Shown one piece after another: positions 53,000-63,196 of a DNA stretch of 64,000 bases (its first letter is position 1; the number at the start of each line of letters is the position of its first letter). The stretch covers positions 179,965 through 243,964 of the IMG/VR virus record IMGVR_UViG_3300045988_126112. One strand, written 5' to 3'. The DNA comes from a virus. The position numbers and the translations under genes were made by a program. Under the pieces are notes generated by a model, which was not told where the DNA came from, searched no databases, and worked only from the letters and a program-made list of their open reading frames with translations.

Positions 53000-55789
53000 A
53001 TGGCTAATAAAAAATTTAATTCTATTAGAGTAAATGATGAAACTATTGATGTACAAGATGCTAATGCAACAACAGAAATAGATAGTTTAAAAGAAAAAAA
53101 CACGACAATTAATAGTCAACTAAACACTATTGAGAACGAACTTGGTAGGAATGAAGATGGCTCAAAAATAACATTACAAACTACTGCACAAAATATAAGA
53201 GGAGCTATAAATGAAGTTAATACACAATTTAAAGATATTGCAGACTTATTTACTACTGAACAAACTGAAACTCTCTTTAAGATAAAGTGTAATGGAAAAG
53301 TTATTGCGAATATTCCAATAAGTGGTGGTAATACTCAAGTTACATCTTATACAATAACAAATACTCTTACTAATTGTAGTAGTAATAATAGAGCAACATC
53401 AATAACTGAAAATAGTTCTTATAATGCTACTATAACTGCAAGAGGAGGATATGTACTAAGTACAGCGACTATAACAATGGGTGGTATTGATATAACTTCT
53501 AGTGCTTACAATAATGGAGTAATTAATATTAGACAAGTTACTGGTAATGTTGTTATAACTGTTAATGCTATAGAAAGTCTAGATACTTATACAATAACAA
53601 ATAATCTTACTAATTGCAGTACTAATAATACAACAACAGCAATAACTGAAAATAGTTCTTATAATGCTACTATAACTGCAAATAATAGATATACATTAAG
53701 TACAGCGACTATAACAATGGGTGGTGTTGATATAACTTCTAGTGCTTATAATAATGGATTAATTAATATTAGACAAGTTACTGGTAATGTTGTTATAACT
53801 GTTAATGCTATAGAAACAACTACTCCAGTTGAACCTCCAGTTGATCCAGATTTAGATGGTTTATTGAAAAATAGACTTTTAGTTTGGCATGATGAATTTG
53901 AAGGTGATAGTTTAGACTTAACTAAATGGAGATATGCAACACATAATAGTGGTGGTTCTGAACAACAAGCATATACAGTCGGAAGAAGCGAAAATGTGAG
54001 ATTAGAAAATGGAAAATTAATATTAGAGGCACATAAAGATGGCTACAAAGGATGGACTTGGAGTAGTGGTAGAATAGATACTTGTCAATTAGCTGGATTT
54101 AAATATGGTAGATTAGAAGCAAAATTAAGATATGATGTTGTATCTGGAGCTTTCCCTGCATTCTGGACAATAGGAACTTGTGCTTATTATCCAACTGGTG
54201 AAGATGTAGTAGGTGTTAAAAAGAGCTTAGGAACTCAATGGGCTCAAAATGGTGAATTAGATATGTTCGAAGGAAGAGGAACTAATAAAACTATAGCCCA
54301 AGGTGGTTGGTATAACCAAGATGATGGTAAAGGAAATCAACAGTTGATATTTGGAGAGGGTAAAAATATAGATGCAAGTGAATATCATGTATATGCCTTT
54401 GAATGGACTCCAACATCTATAACATCTTATATAGATGGTGTGGCAACTGGTACAAAAGATATAACTAATATAAAATCATGGCAAAGACCTATGTATTTAA
54501 TACTTAATATGGCTGTTGGTTCAGTTGGTGGTACTCCTGCTGCAGATTGTACATCTATGAAAATGGAAGTTGATTGGGTAAGAGTATATGCTCCTGTTAA
54601 TGTTACAGAAAAAGTAAATGTAAGTTCTATTACATTAACACAAAATAATGTGACATTAAATGTAGGTGATGAACCTATTGATGTATACTATACAGTTAAT
54701 CCTTCTACAGCATGGGATAATAATGTAGTTATGAGTTCAAATAATACAGATGTAGCAACTGTATATGGTTCAAGAATAACTCCAGTCGGAGTAGGTAATT
54801 GTATAGTAACAGCAAGAGCAACAAATGGAGTTACTGCATCAATAAATGTAACAGTAGCAACAAATGCAAGTATAAATTCTACAAGTATTACATTAGATAA
54901 AAATACATTAGAAATATATAAAGGTACAAGTAATACACTTATTGCTACAGCTTTACCTCCTAATCATACAGATTCAATTTTATGGAAAACATCTGCTCCA
55001 TCTGTAGCAACTGTAGACAACGGAGTTGTTAAAGGTATAAATACTGGTAATTGTACAATAACTGCATATTCAAGTGCAAATGGATCAGTAAAAGCTGAAT
55101 GTGCAATAACTATAAAAGAAGTTAAACAGTTATCAGGACATCCAACAAATGGATTAACATTACAACTAGATAGAAATGGAATGAGTTCTACAGCATGGAA
55201 AAATAAGATAGATGGCATATCTTTACCATGGAAAATAGCACATAATGGAAAAACTGATATATCTGCATATATGGTATATGATGGTGAAAGTTATTATTGG
55301 AATGGAGCTAATTATTTAGATCATTTAACTCTTACTGATTTTGATAAATACTATAATTTTGGAGAAAGCCAAACAATTATATTAGCAGGAGATTTTACAA
55401 ATGCGACAAATACAATATTATCTAATAAAAACTCTTTAAGCCAAAAATCAAATTTAGTTACTATTAATCGTTCAAATCTATCATATGCAGGTTCTAATGA
55501 AGCAAAATTAGGTTCAATAAGTACACCATTTAATATAGATGGTTGTATAGCATTGAGATATGATAAAACAACTCATAGAGTTGATGTAGATACAATGGCA
55601 TTTAGTGCAGATAAAATAACAAATAATAATATGGTATTAGCAAGTGCATTCTCTCAAGATACTAACCCTGCTTTATTAGGTGATAGAACTACATGTAAAG
55701 TATATTATAAATTAGTATTAGTTTATAATAGAGTATTAACAAATGAAGAAATACAAACTGCTATGACAGCAATAAAATCATTTTTTTAA
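53000..55789 (+). CDS. tail fibre with GH16 glycoside hydrolase, Big_2-like Ig domains and C-terminal LamG-like domain
   Basis: LVWHDEFEGDSLDLTKWRY and the catalytic NGELDMFE (ExDxxE). Big_2-like VATVDNGVVKGINTGNCTITA. C-terminal VYNRVLTNEEI. ATG at 53000 after AGGGGTG. Confidence 0.85.
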   Translation: MANKKFNSIRVNDETIDVQDANATTEIDSLKEKNTTINSQLNTIENELGRNEDGSKITLQTTAQNIRGAINEVNTQFKDIADLFTTEQTETLFKIKCNGKVIANIPISGGNTQVTSYTITNTLTNCSSNNRATSITENSSYNATITARGGYVLSTATITMGGIDITSSAYNNGVINIRQVTGNVVITVNAIESLDTYTITNNLTNCSTNNTTTAITENSSYNATITANNRYTLSTATITMGGVDITSSAYNNGLINIRQVTGNVVITVNAIETTTPVEPPVDPDLDGLLKNRLLVWHDEFEGDSLDLTKWRYATHNSGGSEQQAYTVGRSENVRLENGKLILEAHKDGYKGWTWSSGRIDTCQLAGFKYGRLEAKLRYDVVSGAFPAFWTIGTCAYYPTGEDVVGVKKSLGTQWAQNGELDMFEGRGTNKTIAQGGWYNQDDGKGNQQLIFGEGKNIDASEYHVYAFEWTPTSITSYIDGVATGTKDITNIKSWQRPMYLILNMAVGSVGGTPAADCTSMKMEVDWVRVYAPVNVTEKVNVSSITLTQNNVTLNVGDEPIDVYYTVNPSTAWDNNVVMSSNNTDVATVYGSRITPVGVGNCIVTARATNGVTASINVTVATNASINSTSITLDKNTLEIYKGTSNTLIATALPPNHTDSILWKTSAPSVATVDNGVVKGINTGNCTITAYSSANGSVKAECAITIKEVKQLSGHPTNGLTLQLDRNGMSSTAWKNKIDGISLPWKIAHNGKTDISAYMVYDGESYYWNGANYLDHLTLTDFDKYYNFGESQTIILAGDFTNATNTILSNKNSLSQKSNLVTINRSNLSYAGSNEAKLGSISTPFNIDGCIALRYDKTTHRVDVDTMAFSADKITNNNMVLASAFSQDTNPALLGDRTTCKVYYKLVLVYNRVLTNEEIQTAMTAIKSFF
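53345..53816 (+). repeat. 240-bp tandem duplication (2 units) encoding an 80-aa domain
   Basis: YTITNTLTNCSSNN...VITVNAIE versus YTITNNLTNCSTNN...VITVNAIE, with long identical DNA stretches. Confidence 0.9.
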
Positions 55790-55936
55790 GCACCACATCC
55801 ATATATCAAAGTGATGGCACAGTTGGGTGTGGAAGTATTATTGCCATACAAGACGACGGAACCTTAATATGTATCGGCGATGGAGAAAATTCGTTAGAAG
55901 GAGTAATACTAGCATCTTTATCGGAGGTGAATTATA

Positions 55937-57568
55937 ATGAGTAATATAGGCTGTAAAATCTGCTGTTCTGATGAAATGATTGTTGGTAGATGGTATAAAA
56001 TAATAACTTATCCGATAGGATTTAATCAAAATAAAGATGGTACACTTATTGATAATGATTTTCCATATAAATATACAGTAAATTATACATGTAATAGTAA
56101 TTTAGTAACATTATTACATGATTCTATTTATATAAAAAGTATGGGGCAATTTTCAATTCAATGTGTAGATATGTATGGAAATAAAGATTCAAAAATGATT
56201 AATGCTATTAAAGCTCCTACAATTGTACGAACAGATATTGAAATGAATCCTTCTTCATGGAGTGATTTAAAGAACAATATATCTGAAAATCAATATATTT
56301 CTATTCCTAAAGGTAAATATAATTTTACTTTTGATAGTGAGGAGTTAAAAATTCCAAAAGGTACAATTATTGATTTTAATAACTCTATTGTAAATATTTC
56401 AATTACTGACGCTAACTGGAAGGGTTTTAAACTACTAAATGATTTTAGTGGTCTTATTAATGCTCATTTTGTTGGTGTAAATATGAAAGAAGTGACTAAT
56501 AATTCTGCAAGCACTCCTATTATTAATATTACAAATGGATATATGCAAGAATTAAGACATATAGAATTTAAAAATACAAGTGGTTATAATATTTGTATCG
56601 GAGACTGGGCTTTTAGAGGAACAGATTATCAAACTAGACATTATGGAAAATGGACTTCATCATCTGCTAGTGGTATTACACCAACAGATTGTATTAATGG
56701 TTATATAAATGATAATGGTACAGTTGATACTAATACTGTTGAGTATTGGACTTCTAGTAATACATTTCCATTGTCTACACAAGATACTAATTATGATTGT
56801 TCTTACGCTGTAGGTAAACCTAATATGTATATTCCTACGACTGCTAGATTATATGATATAGCTTTTTATGATGAAAATAATAATTTTATACAATTAAAAA
56901 GAAATCAACAATTTTTTAAAAAATATTATTATTCATCTAATTCTAAATATTGTAGATTATCAGTTAGACAAATTAATAAACCAACTGAATCATCTCCTAG
57001 AGATGATACTTGTTATATGAGATTATTAACTAGAAGTAATTCTGATATAAATACTTGTGATTGTGTTAGAGAATTATATTGTGATGATATATATTCTAAT
57101 GATACTGAATCAGGTATTATGTCAATAGTCGGTATGTGCCAAGATATACATCTAAATCGAATCAAATGTATTGAAAACGGATGGAGAAATCATTGGAGTT
57201 TTGATATTGAGGACTGTTGGAATAGTGCATTAGGAATTGTTATTACTCATTCATATTTTGGTGGTACTGTGTGTTTACATGGAGTCCAAGGTTTGTCTAT
57301 TATTAGTTCAATTCTTTGGAGAACACAAGAAACCAATACTAATCATTTTACTACATTTATTAATTGTTTAATACAACGAATTTGGATGAGTGGAATTAGA
57401 TGCAATTTAACAGCCATAAATAGTTATTTTGATAAATTCCAAGTATATAATGATAAAGAGCGTGGTAATTATTTTTCTTTTGGTAAATTAGAAACATCAA
57501 AAGATAAAGAAATAAGAGATAAAATTTCTTCATATATTGTTAAAGGATTTTATAATATTGGTTCGTAA
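55937..57568 (+). CDS. putative beta-helix tail spike/depolymerase-like protein
   Basis: GGAGG RBS. Repetitive N/I/G-rich strand-like segments. No catalytic motif recognised. Confidence 0.3.
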   Translation: MSNIGCKICCSDEMIVGRWYKIITYPIGFNQNKDGTLIDNDFPYKYTVNYTCNSNLVTLLHDSIYIKSMGQFSIQCVDMYGNKDSKMINAIKAPTIVRTDIEMNPSSWSDLKNNISENQYISIPKGKYNFTFDSEELKIPKGTIIDFNNSIVNISITDANWKGFKLLNDFSGLINAHFVGVNMKEVTNNSASTPIINITNGYMQELRHIEFKNTSGYNICIGDWAFRGTDYQTRHYGKWTSSSASGITPTDCINGYINDNGTVDTNTVEYWTSSNTFPLSTQDTNYDCSYAVGKPNMYIPTTARLYDIAFYDENNNFIQLKRNQQFFKKYYYSSNSKYCRLSVRQINKPTESSPRDDTCYMRLLTRSNSDINTCDCVRELYCDDIYSNDTESGIMSIVGMCQDIHLNRIKCIENGWRNHWSFDIEDCWNSALGIVITHSYFGGTVCLHGVQGLSIISSILWRTQETNTNHFTTFINCLIQRIWMSGIRCNLTAINSYFDKFQVYNDKERGNYFSFGKLETSKDKEIRDKISSYIVKGFYNIGS

Positions 57569-57616
57569 TAAAATTATGAACTAGTTTTTTGTAGAATATA
57601 AAATATTTATTTTATT

Positions 57617-57775
57617 AAAGAGACCACTATGGGTAACATAGTGGTCTTTGTTTTTTATTTTGAACTATAGATTAATGAATTTGAAAAGGAGGTAAGGTAA
57701 AATGCGTAATAAAGACGTATTAAGAAAATTAAAGAATCTTCCAGATAATACTAAGGAATATATTGATAATAATGA
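57617..57775 (+). repeat. junction cassette A2
   Basis: See 52524..52680. Confidence 0.8.
57621..57660 (+). terminator. intrinsic terminator (part of junction cassette A2)
   Basis: AGACCACTATG ggtaa CATAGTGGTCT, then TTGTTTTTTATTTT. Confidence 0.85.
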
Positions 57776-60700
57776 ATTAGTTAAAGTTATTACAGATTTT
57801 GAAATAATTAGTACTGGAAAAGTTGCTAAGGTTTATACAGATAGTTTAACAGCTGGTAGAAGATATAGATTCCCATTTGAATCATATCCTAATGTCTCAT
57901 CTGCTGCAATAATTAAGAAATATGATGATGGTACTACTAAAACTATAACAACAATGACAAAAAATACAGATTATATATATGTATCAGCAATGTATAAAGC
58001 ATTTGATATATACCATAGAAGTGCATTTGGTGGTATGGGTAGAATAAATGGTTCATTTGGAACAACATCTAGTGAATATACTTCCACATTTACAAAAGTT
58101 GTATTAGATACTTTATCAGATAGACTTTTTGAACCAACAAAAGATTATCATCCAGCAACTAAAAAATATGTAGATGATAATAAAGTAATCGTTCCTACAA
58201 ATATAAGTGTATTTACTAATGATTCAAAATATATTAATCAAATTAAAGTTTTACCTGTTGAATATGATAATGATAAAATGGTGAATGTGCAAAATTTGGA
58301 TCCACATAGTATATATGTTGTACCAAGTGATATAGATTATTTGGATTTAGGATGTATGGGAGAGTCAAATAGATTAGTAACTGTACTTGCTACACCAAAT
58401 ACAGAAGAATTTATCTATACTGGAAATAAGACAGATAAATATATATCTTTTAGATTTGGAGCAAGAACTCATACTATTTATTTTAAAACTGACACAGAAT
58501 CAAGTCGTATAGAAAGATATCCATATTATTTAACTCCAAGTAATAATGAAGCATATATACCTAAAAATGATTATAATCCAACTACAAAGAAATATGTAGA
58601 TGATAAAGTAGCTGGAATAGTTAATTCAGCACCAGAAACTTTAGATACATTACAAGAATTAGCTAAAGCTTTAGGAAATGATGCTAACTTTGCAACTACT
58701 GTATCTACTCAAATAGGTAAAAAAGTTGATAAAGTTGATGGTATGAGCTTAACTCATAATGATTTAACAAAAGAACTAAAAGCTAATTATGACGCTGCTT
58801 ATGCTCATAGCCAAGCTAAGCATAGCTATAATGATTTAACTGATAAACCAGTTATACCTAGTATAGCTGGATTAGCTACTACAGAATATGTAGATAGTAA
58901 ATCATTACCTATATTATTCTTAGATGATAGTAATAGAACTGGTGATAAATTATTCCCATTATTACCAGAGCATAATTTAGTATTTTTAGCTGGTGATGCT
59001 CAATTTACTGATGAAAATGGAAATATAAATATAATATATGGTCTTTGTTATTCAGATTTACAATCTGATGGAAGTAAATTACTTACTGAATATAGAACTA
59101 GTAAATCAGCATCAATATCTGCTAATGGTACATTAAAATCATTTGATTATATAGATGAATATACAAAAACTATACTAACATTGTTTAAAAATGCTCCATC
59201 TGGGAAAGTATTAGTTAAAAACCAAAATAATACATTTGAATGGGTTGAACTACCAACTAGCCCAGATTTAAGTTCTTATGCACCTATTACTAGTCCAGTA
59301 TTTAAAAAGTCTATAACTGTTGGTAATGCGGCTCCAGATAAAACTCTAGGAGAAAATTCTATAATAGTAAGTTCTTATGGAGAAGCATCAGGAATTTATA
59401 CATTATCAAATGGTAAATCAGCAATTGCTAGAGCTGATTATTCTCATGCAGAAGGATATGCTTCTATGTCAAAAGGTCTATATTCTCATGCAGAAGGTGA
59501 ACAAACTGGTGCAATAGGTCAATCATCACATTCAGAAGGACATGGTGGAGATGCTAATGGAGTAGCTTCTCATGCAGAAGGCTATTATACTACTAGTAAT
59601 GGAAAATATTCTCATGCAGAAGGATATCGTACTATTGCAACTGGAGATAATCAACATGTACAAGGGAAATATAATATAGAAGATAAAGCTAACAAATATG
59701 CTCATATTGTTGGTAATGGATATCGTGATGAACTTAATTATAAAGATTATCGTTCAAATGGATATACATTAGACTGGTCTGGTAATGGTTGGTTTGCTGG
59801 TAAAGTTACTCAAGAAGGAACTCCAACAGATGATAAAGACCTTACTAATAAAAAATATGTTGATGATACTGTAGTATTTAAGAAATTATCTTCTATAGTA
59901 GAATTAAATAGTGATAAAAAAATAATTAATGTTGAAAAATTTGAAGATAATAAAGTTTATTATTTTATAAATGATATTAATGAAGGGACTACAACAATTA
60001 TTCCTATACTTTTATATAAAGGTGGAGAAAAAAATAATATAATAATGATATATCCTAATGATAGATTTATAACTATGAGTTATAATGTATCAGCAAATGA
60101 ATTTTTTAGTTTTAGTGATATGCAAAGTGTTAAATTTAATTTAGTTGATAAAACACGTGAATACAATACTAGCAGAAGTGTAACTAAAAAAGTTAGTGCA
60201 GAACAAGTTTTAACTAAAACTAATACAACTGCATTTACACCAACTGCTGATTATCATCCAACAACTAAAAAATATGTAGATGATAAAGTAGTTGGATTAG
60301 CTACAGAAAGTTATGTAGATAGCAAAACTTCAATGGAAAATGTTATATATGAAGGTAATGGTACTGGTCCTGATGTAATTTCAGATTATTGGACTGGATG
60401 CCCAGTTGTTAGTGGAAATGGATGCTGGGTAATAAATAAACAAATAGAATTTGATTCATCTAAACCTAATCCATATTATTTACTATGCGATACTACTTTA
60501 TATTCTCCAGAAAATTCAACATTTGATAAAACAAATAGTGCATGGATATATCCTAAAGTTCCTAATAGAGGTACTATATTCATATGTAATAAATATAATA
60601 ATGAAAATAAATTAGTATTACCATGGGATGATGTATCTAATCCACAAAAAATAAAATTATATACTAAAACAGAATTAGCTGCTGCAATATCTAATGGTGA

Positions 60701-60779
60701 TTTAGAAGCAACATCAGATGAAGTTAAAGTTATGCTTGCAAATGTTTTAGGAGGTGATTATAGTGCCAAAAAAAATTAA
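57702..60779 (+). CDS. long tail fibre protein (KNLPDNTK anchor family)
   Basis: MRNKDVLRKLKNLPDNTKEYIDNN. Four P-x-x-DYxP-x-TKKYVDD motifs. APETLDTLQELAKALGNDANFATT. YNDLTDKPVIPS. A run of YSHAEG repeats. Confidence 0.8.
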   Translation: MRNKDVLRKLKNLPDNTKEYIDNNELVKVITDFEIISTGKVAKVYTDSLTAGRRYRFPFESYPNVSSAAIIKKYDDGTTKTITTMTKNTDYIYVSAMYKAFDIYHRSAFGGMGRINGSFGTTSSEYTSTFTKVVLDTLSDRLFEPTKDYHPATKKYVDDNKVIVPTNISVFTNDSKYINQIKVLPVEYDNDKMVNVQNLDPHSIYVVPSDIDYLDLGCMGESNRLVTVLATPNTEEFIYTGNKTDKYISFRFGARTHTIYFKTDTESSRIERYPYYLTPSNNEAYIPKNDYNPTTKKYVDDKVAGIVNSAPETLDTLQELAKALGNDANFATTVSTQIGKKVDKVDGMSLTHNDLTKELKANYDAAYAHSQAKHSYNDLTDKPVIPSIAGLATTEYVDSKSLPILFLDDSNRTGDKLFPLLPEHNLVFLAGDAQFTDENGNINIIYGLCYSDLQSDGSKLLTEYRTSKSASISANGTLKSFDYIDEYTKTILTLFKNAPSGKVLVKNQNNTFEWVELPTSPDLSSYAPITSPVFKKSITVGNAAPDKTLGENSIIVSSYGEASGIYTLSNGKSAIARADYSHAEGYASMSKGLYSHAEGEQTGAIGQSSHSEGHGGDANGVASHAEGYYTTSNGKYSHAEGYRTIATGDNQHVQGKYNIEDKANKYAHIVGNGYRDELNYKDYRSNGYTLDWSGNGWFAGKVTQEGTPTDDKDLTNKKYVDDTVVFKKLSSIVELNSDKKIINVEKFEDNKVYYFINDINEGTTTIIPILLYKGGEKNNIIMIYPNDRFITMSYNVSANEFFSFSDMQSVKFNLVDKTREYNTSRSVTKKVSAEQVLTKTNTTAFTPTADYHPTTKKYVDDKVVGLATESYVDSKTSMENVIYEGNGTGPDVISDYWTGCPVVSGNGCWVINKQIEFDSSKPNPYYLLCDTTLYSPENSTFDKTNSAWIYPKVPNRGTIFICNKYNNENKLVLPWDDVSNPQKIKLYTKTELAAAISNGDLEATSDEVKVMLANVLGGDYSAKKN

Positions 60780-61248
60780 TTTAGATGAACTACAACAAAC
60801 TGCAGTAACATTAAAAAATTATATAGATGATAAAACTAAAGATATTGCCAATTACGAATTAGCCGTAAATGATGGAGAATTATACTTAAAAAAGGATAAA
60901 GTAGGTAATGGAGCAACAGATCCTGTATATGGTGATAGTTTAACTTCACTAACTGGTGATCCTGATATTTACTTAACAAAAGATAAATATCAATATGTTA
61001 CTGGTGTAAATACTGTAGATAATTTAATATGGCTACCTTCTACTGATATGCCTACATTCCTTAAAATACGCTTATATGCTATAAATTGTAAAATGAAATC
61101 TACTTTTGACAATGCTGTAAAATGGAAAAATGGACAAAATCCTGCTTCAGGTAAATTTGAGATGACAGCTAATAATATATATGAGTTTGTATTAACTTAT
61201 ATAAATGGAAGTTGGATAGGAGAATTTATAACTTATGATAATGCATAG
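60763..61248 (+). CDS. fibre-associated protein (INLxELQQTA family)
   Basis: GTG at 60763 with GGAGG 9 nt upstream gives MPKKINLDELQQTAVTLKNYIDD, parallel to 61355. Confidence 0.55.
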   Translation: MPKKINLDELQQTAVTLKNYIDDKTKDIANYELAVNDGELYLKKDKVGNGATDPVYGDSLTSLTGDPDIYLTKDKYQYVTGVNTVDNLIWLPSTDMPTFLKIRLYAINCKMKSTFDNAVKWKNGQNPASGKFEMTANNIYEFVLTYINGSWIGEFITYDNA

Positions 61249-61277
61249 TATATTTCTTCAAAATATAATAATATAAA

Positions 61278-61354
61278 TACTAAAGCCATTACGATTAATT
61301 TCGTAATGGCTTTTTATTTTAACACTATTAGTAAAATGAAAGGAGGTAATTATA
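61278..61354 (+). repeat. junction cassette B1 (terminator, AACACTATTA.TAAAATGAAAGGAGGTAATTA)
   Basis: Near-identical to 63197..63276. Confidence 0.8.
61282..61320 (+). terminator. intrinsic terminator (junction cassette B1)
   Basis: AAAGCCATTACGA ttaat TCGTAATGGCTTT, then TTATTTT. Confidence 0.85.
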
Positions 61355-61531
61355 ATGGCGAAAAAAATTAATTTAGAAGAATTACAACAAACTGCACAAA
61401 CATTAAAAAATTATATTGATGCAACAATTGATGATAGGATGAATAAGTTAAATATAAAAACTATAAGCCAATCAGAATATGATTCTTTAGATAGTAAAGA
61501 ACCTAACACATTATATCTAATTACCGATTAA
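61355..61531 (+). CDS. 58-aa fibre-associated protein (INLxELQQTA family, short form)
   Basis: ORF below the track cutoff: MAKKINLEELQQTAQTLKNYIDATIDD...SQSEYDSLDSKEPNTLYLITD. AGGAGG RBS. Confidence 0.5.
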   Translation: MAKKINLEELQQTAQTLKNYIDATIDDRMNKLNIKTISQSEYDSLDSKEPNTLYLITD

Positions 61532-61558
61532 AATATTATAAGAAGGGAGAACTTTTTT

Positions 61559-63190
61559 ATGACTATAATGAAAATTAAACCTTCTGGATATGATGCTGGT
61601 GCATGGGATAGTAAAACTTATCCAATGGAAAATGCTTATGATGATGATTTGACAACTGTTGCAAGATGCACTTTAAGAAGAATTAGTGGTGAAAAAAAAT
61701 GTAAATATAATTTTTCTTTACCAGAACTTCCAGAAGGATCAATTATCAATAAAGTGAACTTACGTTTACTTTTAAAATGTGCAAATAGTAATTCAACAGG
61801 AGCTTGCTTTTTATCTATAAGATTAAACGATACTAATTTAACATTAAAAAAAATACATTTAGAATTTGTAAATGATGGTATTAATTATAGTATACCTCTT
61901 ACTGAAGAGCAATATAAAAGTTTAAATAGTTTAAGTTTTGTTGGTAAATATGATACAATAACGTTTACTTGTTATGCTTATATATTTGATATGTATATTG
62001 AATTAGATTATACAGATTTGAATGAAACTATGCTATCTGATGATAGTGAAATTTGGATAGCTAAAGGAGAAAATCATGTTATTAATGTAAATGCATATCC
62101 AAAGACAACTATAAATTGGACTTCAGATAAATCTGATATAGTTAAATTAGTACCAGCTGATAATGGATTTTCATGTAATGTTATTGGTAAGAAAATTGGA
62201 AGTTGTAATATTACTGCAACACACAGTAATAATCCAAATTGTACAAAAACTTTTTCTGTTAATGTTAATGAAATAATAGAAGATATTTCTTATAGTTTCA
62301 ATAGTGGTATTAATAATATAAAAGGATTAGCAATAGGAGAAAATAAAATAAAGAAAATATATTTAGGAGATAAAAAATTATTTACGACAAGTAATCCACG
62401 TATACCTCATACTAATTTTAATTTCAGAAATATTACACAAGATTTGACTATGAATTTATATACAAGATTAATACCAGAAAAATATATTAATGGTATATTA
62501 TGCCGTGTTAAAACTTATATAGATACAGCAGGACATTTAGCTGGTGCACTTAGAACAACTAATGATTCTAGTGGTATTACTGGTGGTGATAGTTCGGCAA
62601 CTTATGATTTTATTCCAGTATTTCCTGGAGAAGATATAATAATAGATATACCAACTACACAATATGGAATAGGATTGGTTGGATATGGTGAAACTAAAGA
62701 ATATTATCAAACTTGGTTCGGACCAGATTATGGATGGGCATATTATAATAAATATACAGATGCTGATATTGAGAAATATAATAATATGACTTGTACTATA
62801 CCAGCAGAAGGAGTTAATTATATTAGATGGTGTATGGATTCTTTCGATACTGATAAATATTATTTTAGAAGATATAGTGTTCAAATTATTGATGCTATTG
62901 CTTATCCATTAAATAGTACAGAGGGTAATGAAATAATCTATAAGTCTTTAGATGAAAGTGTAGCAGTAATTGAAAATAATAATATGATTAGAGCAAAATC
63001 TGCTGGTTCATGTATTATACAAGTTACATGTGGAACAATAACTACAAATATAAATTTAACAATAAATGATAATAGTAGTGATTTTGTAGATTATACAAAA
63101 CAAGCAACCGAACAAGAACCTGATAAAGAACCTGAACAAACACCTGATAATAATGATAACAATACAGAAAATAATACAGAAGAAGAATAA
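61559..63190 (+). CDS. tail protein with two Big_2-like Ig domains and an acidic tail
   Basis: SDKSDIVKLVPADNGFSCNVIGKKIGSCNITA and LDESVAVIENNNMIRAKSAGSCIIQV. C-terminus EQEPDKEPEQTPDNNDNN. Confidence 0.6.
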   Translation: MTIMKIKPSGYDAGAWDSKTYPMENAYDDDLTTVARCTLRRISGEKKCKYNFSLPELPEGSIINKVNLRLLLKCANSNSTGACFLSIRLNDTNLTLKKIHLEFVNDGINYSIPLTEEQYKSLNSLSFVGKYDTITFTCYAYIFDMYIELDYTDLNETMLSDDSEIWIAKGENHVINVNAYPKTTINWTSDKSDIVKLVPADNGFSCNVIGKKIGSCNITATHSNNPNCTKTFSVNVNEIIEDISYSFNSGINNIKGLAIGENKIKKIYLGDKKLFTTSNPRIPHTNFNFRNITQDLTMNLYTRLIPEKYINGILCRVKTYIDTAGHLAGALRTTNDSSGITGGDSSATYDFIPVFPGEDIIIDIPTTQYGIGLVGYGETKEYYQTWFGPDYGWAYYNKYTDADIEKYNNMTCTIPAEGVNYIRWCMDSFDTDKYYFRRYSVQIIDAIAYPLNSTEGNEIIYKSLDESVAVIENNNMIRAKSAGSCIIQVTCGTITTNINLTINDNSSDFVDYTKQATEQEPDKEPEQTPDNNDNNTENNTEEE

Positions 63191-63196
63191 ATAAAT

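Noticed and set aside
53345-53816. The 240-bp tandem repeat as a template/variable repeat pair of a diversity-generating retroelement
   Set aside because: No reverse transcriptase is present in the window. The differences between the copies include C/A, T/C, G/C and G/A changes and are not restricted to adenine positions. The copies are adjacent and in frame. It is a plain domain duplication.
55838-56029. Minus-strand ORF of 63 aa
   Set aside because: It has no RBS, overlaps the start of gene 55937..57568, and lies antisense to the coding-like fragment described in the findings.
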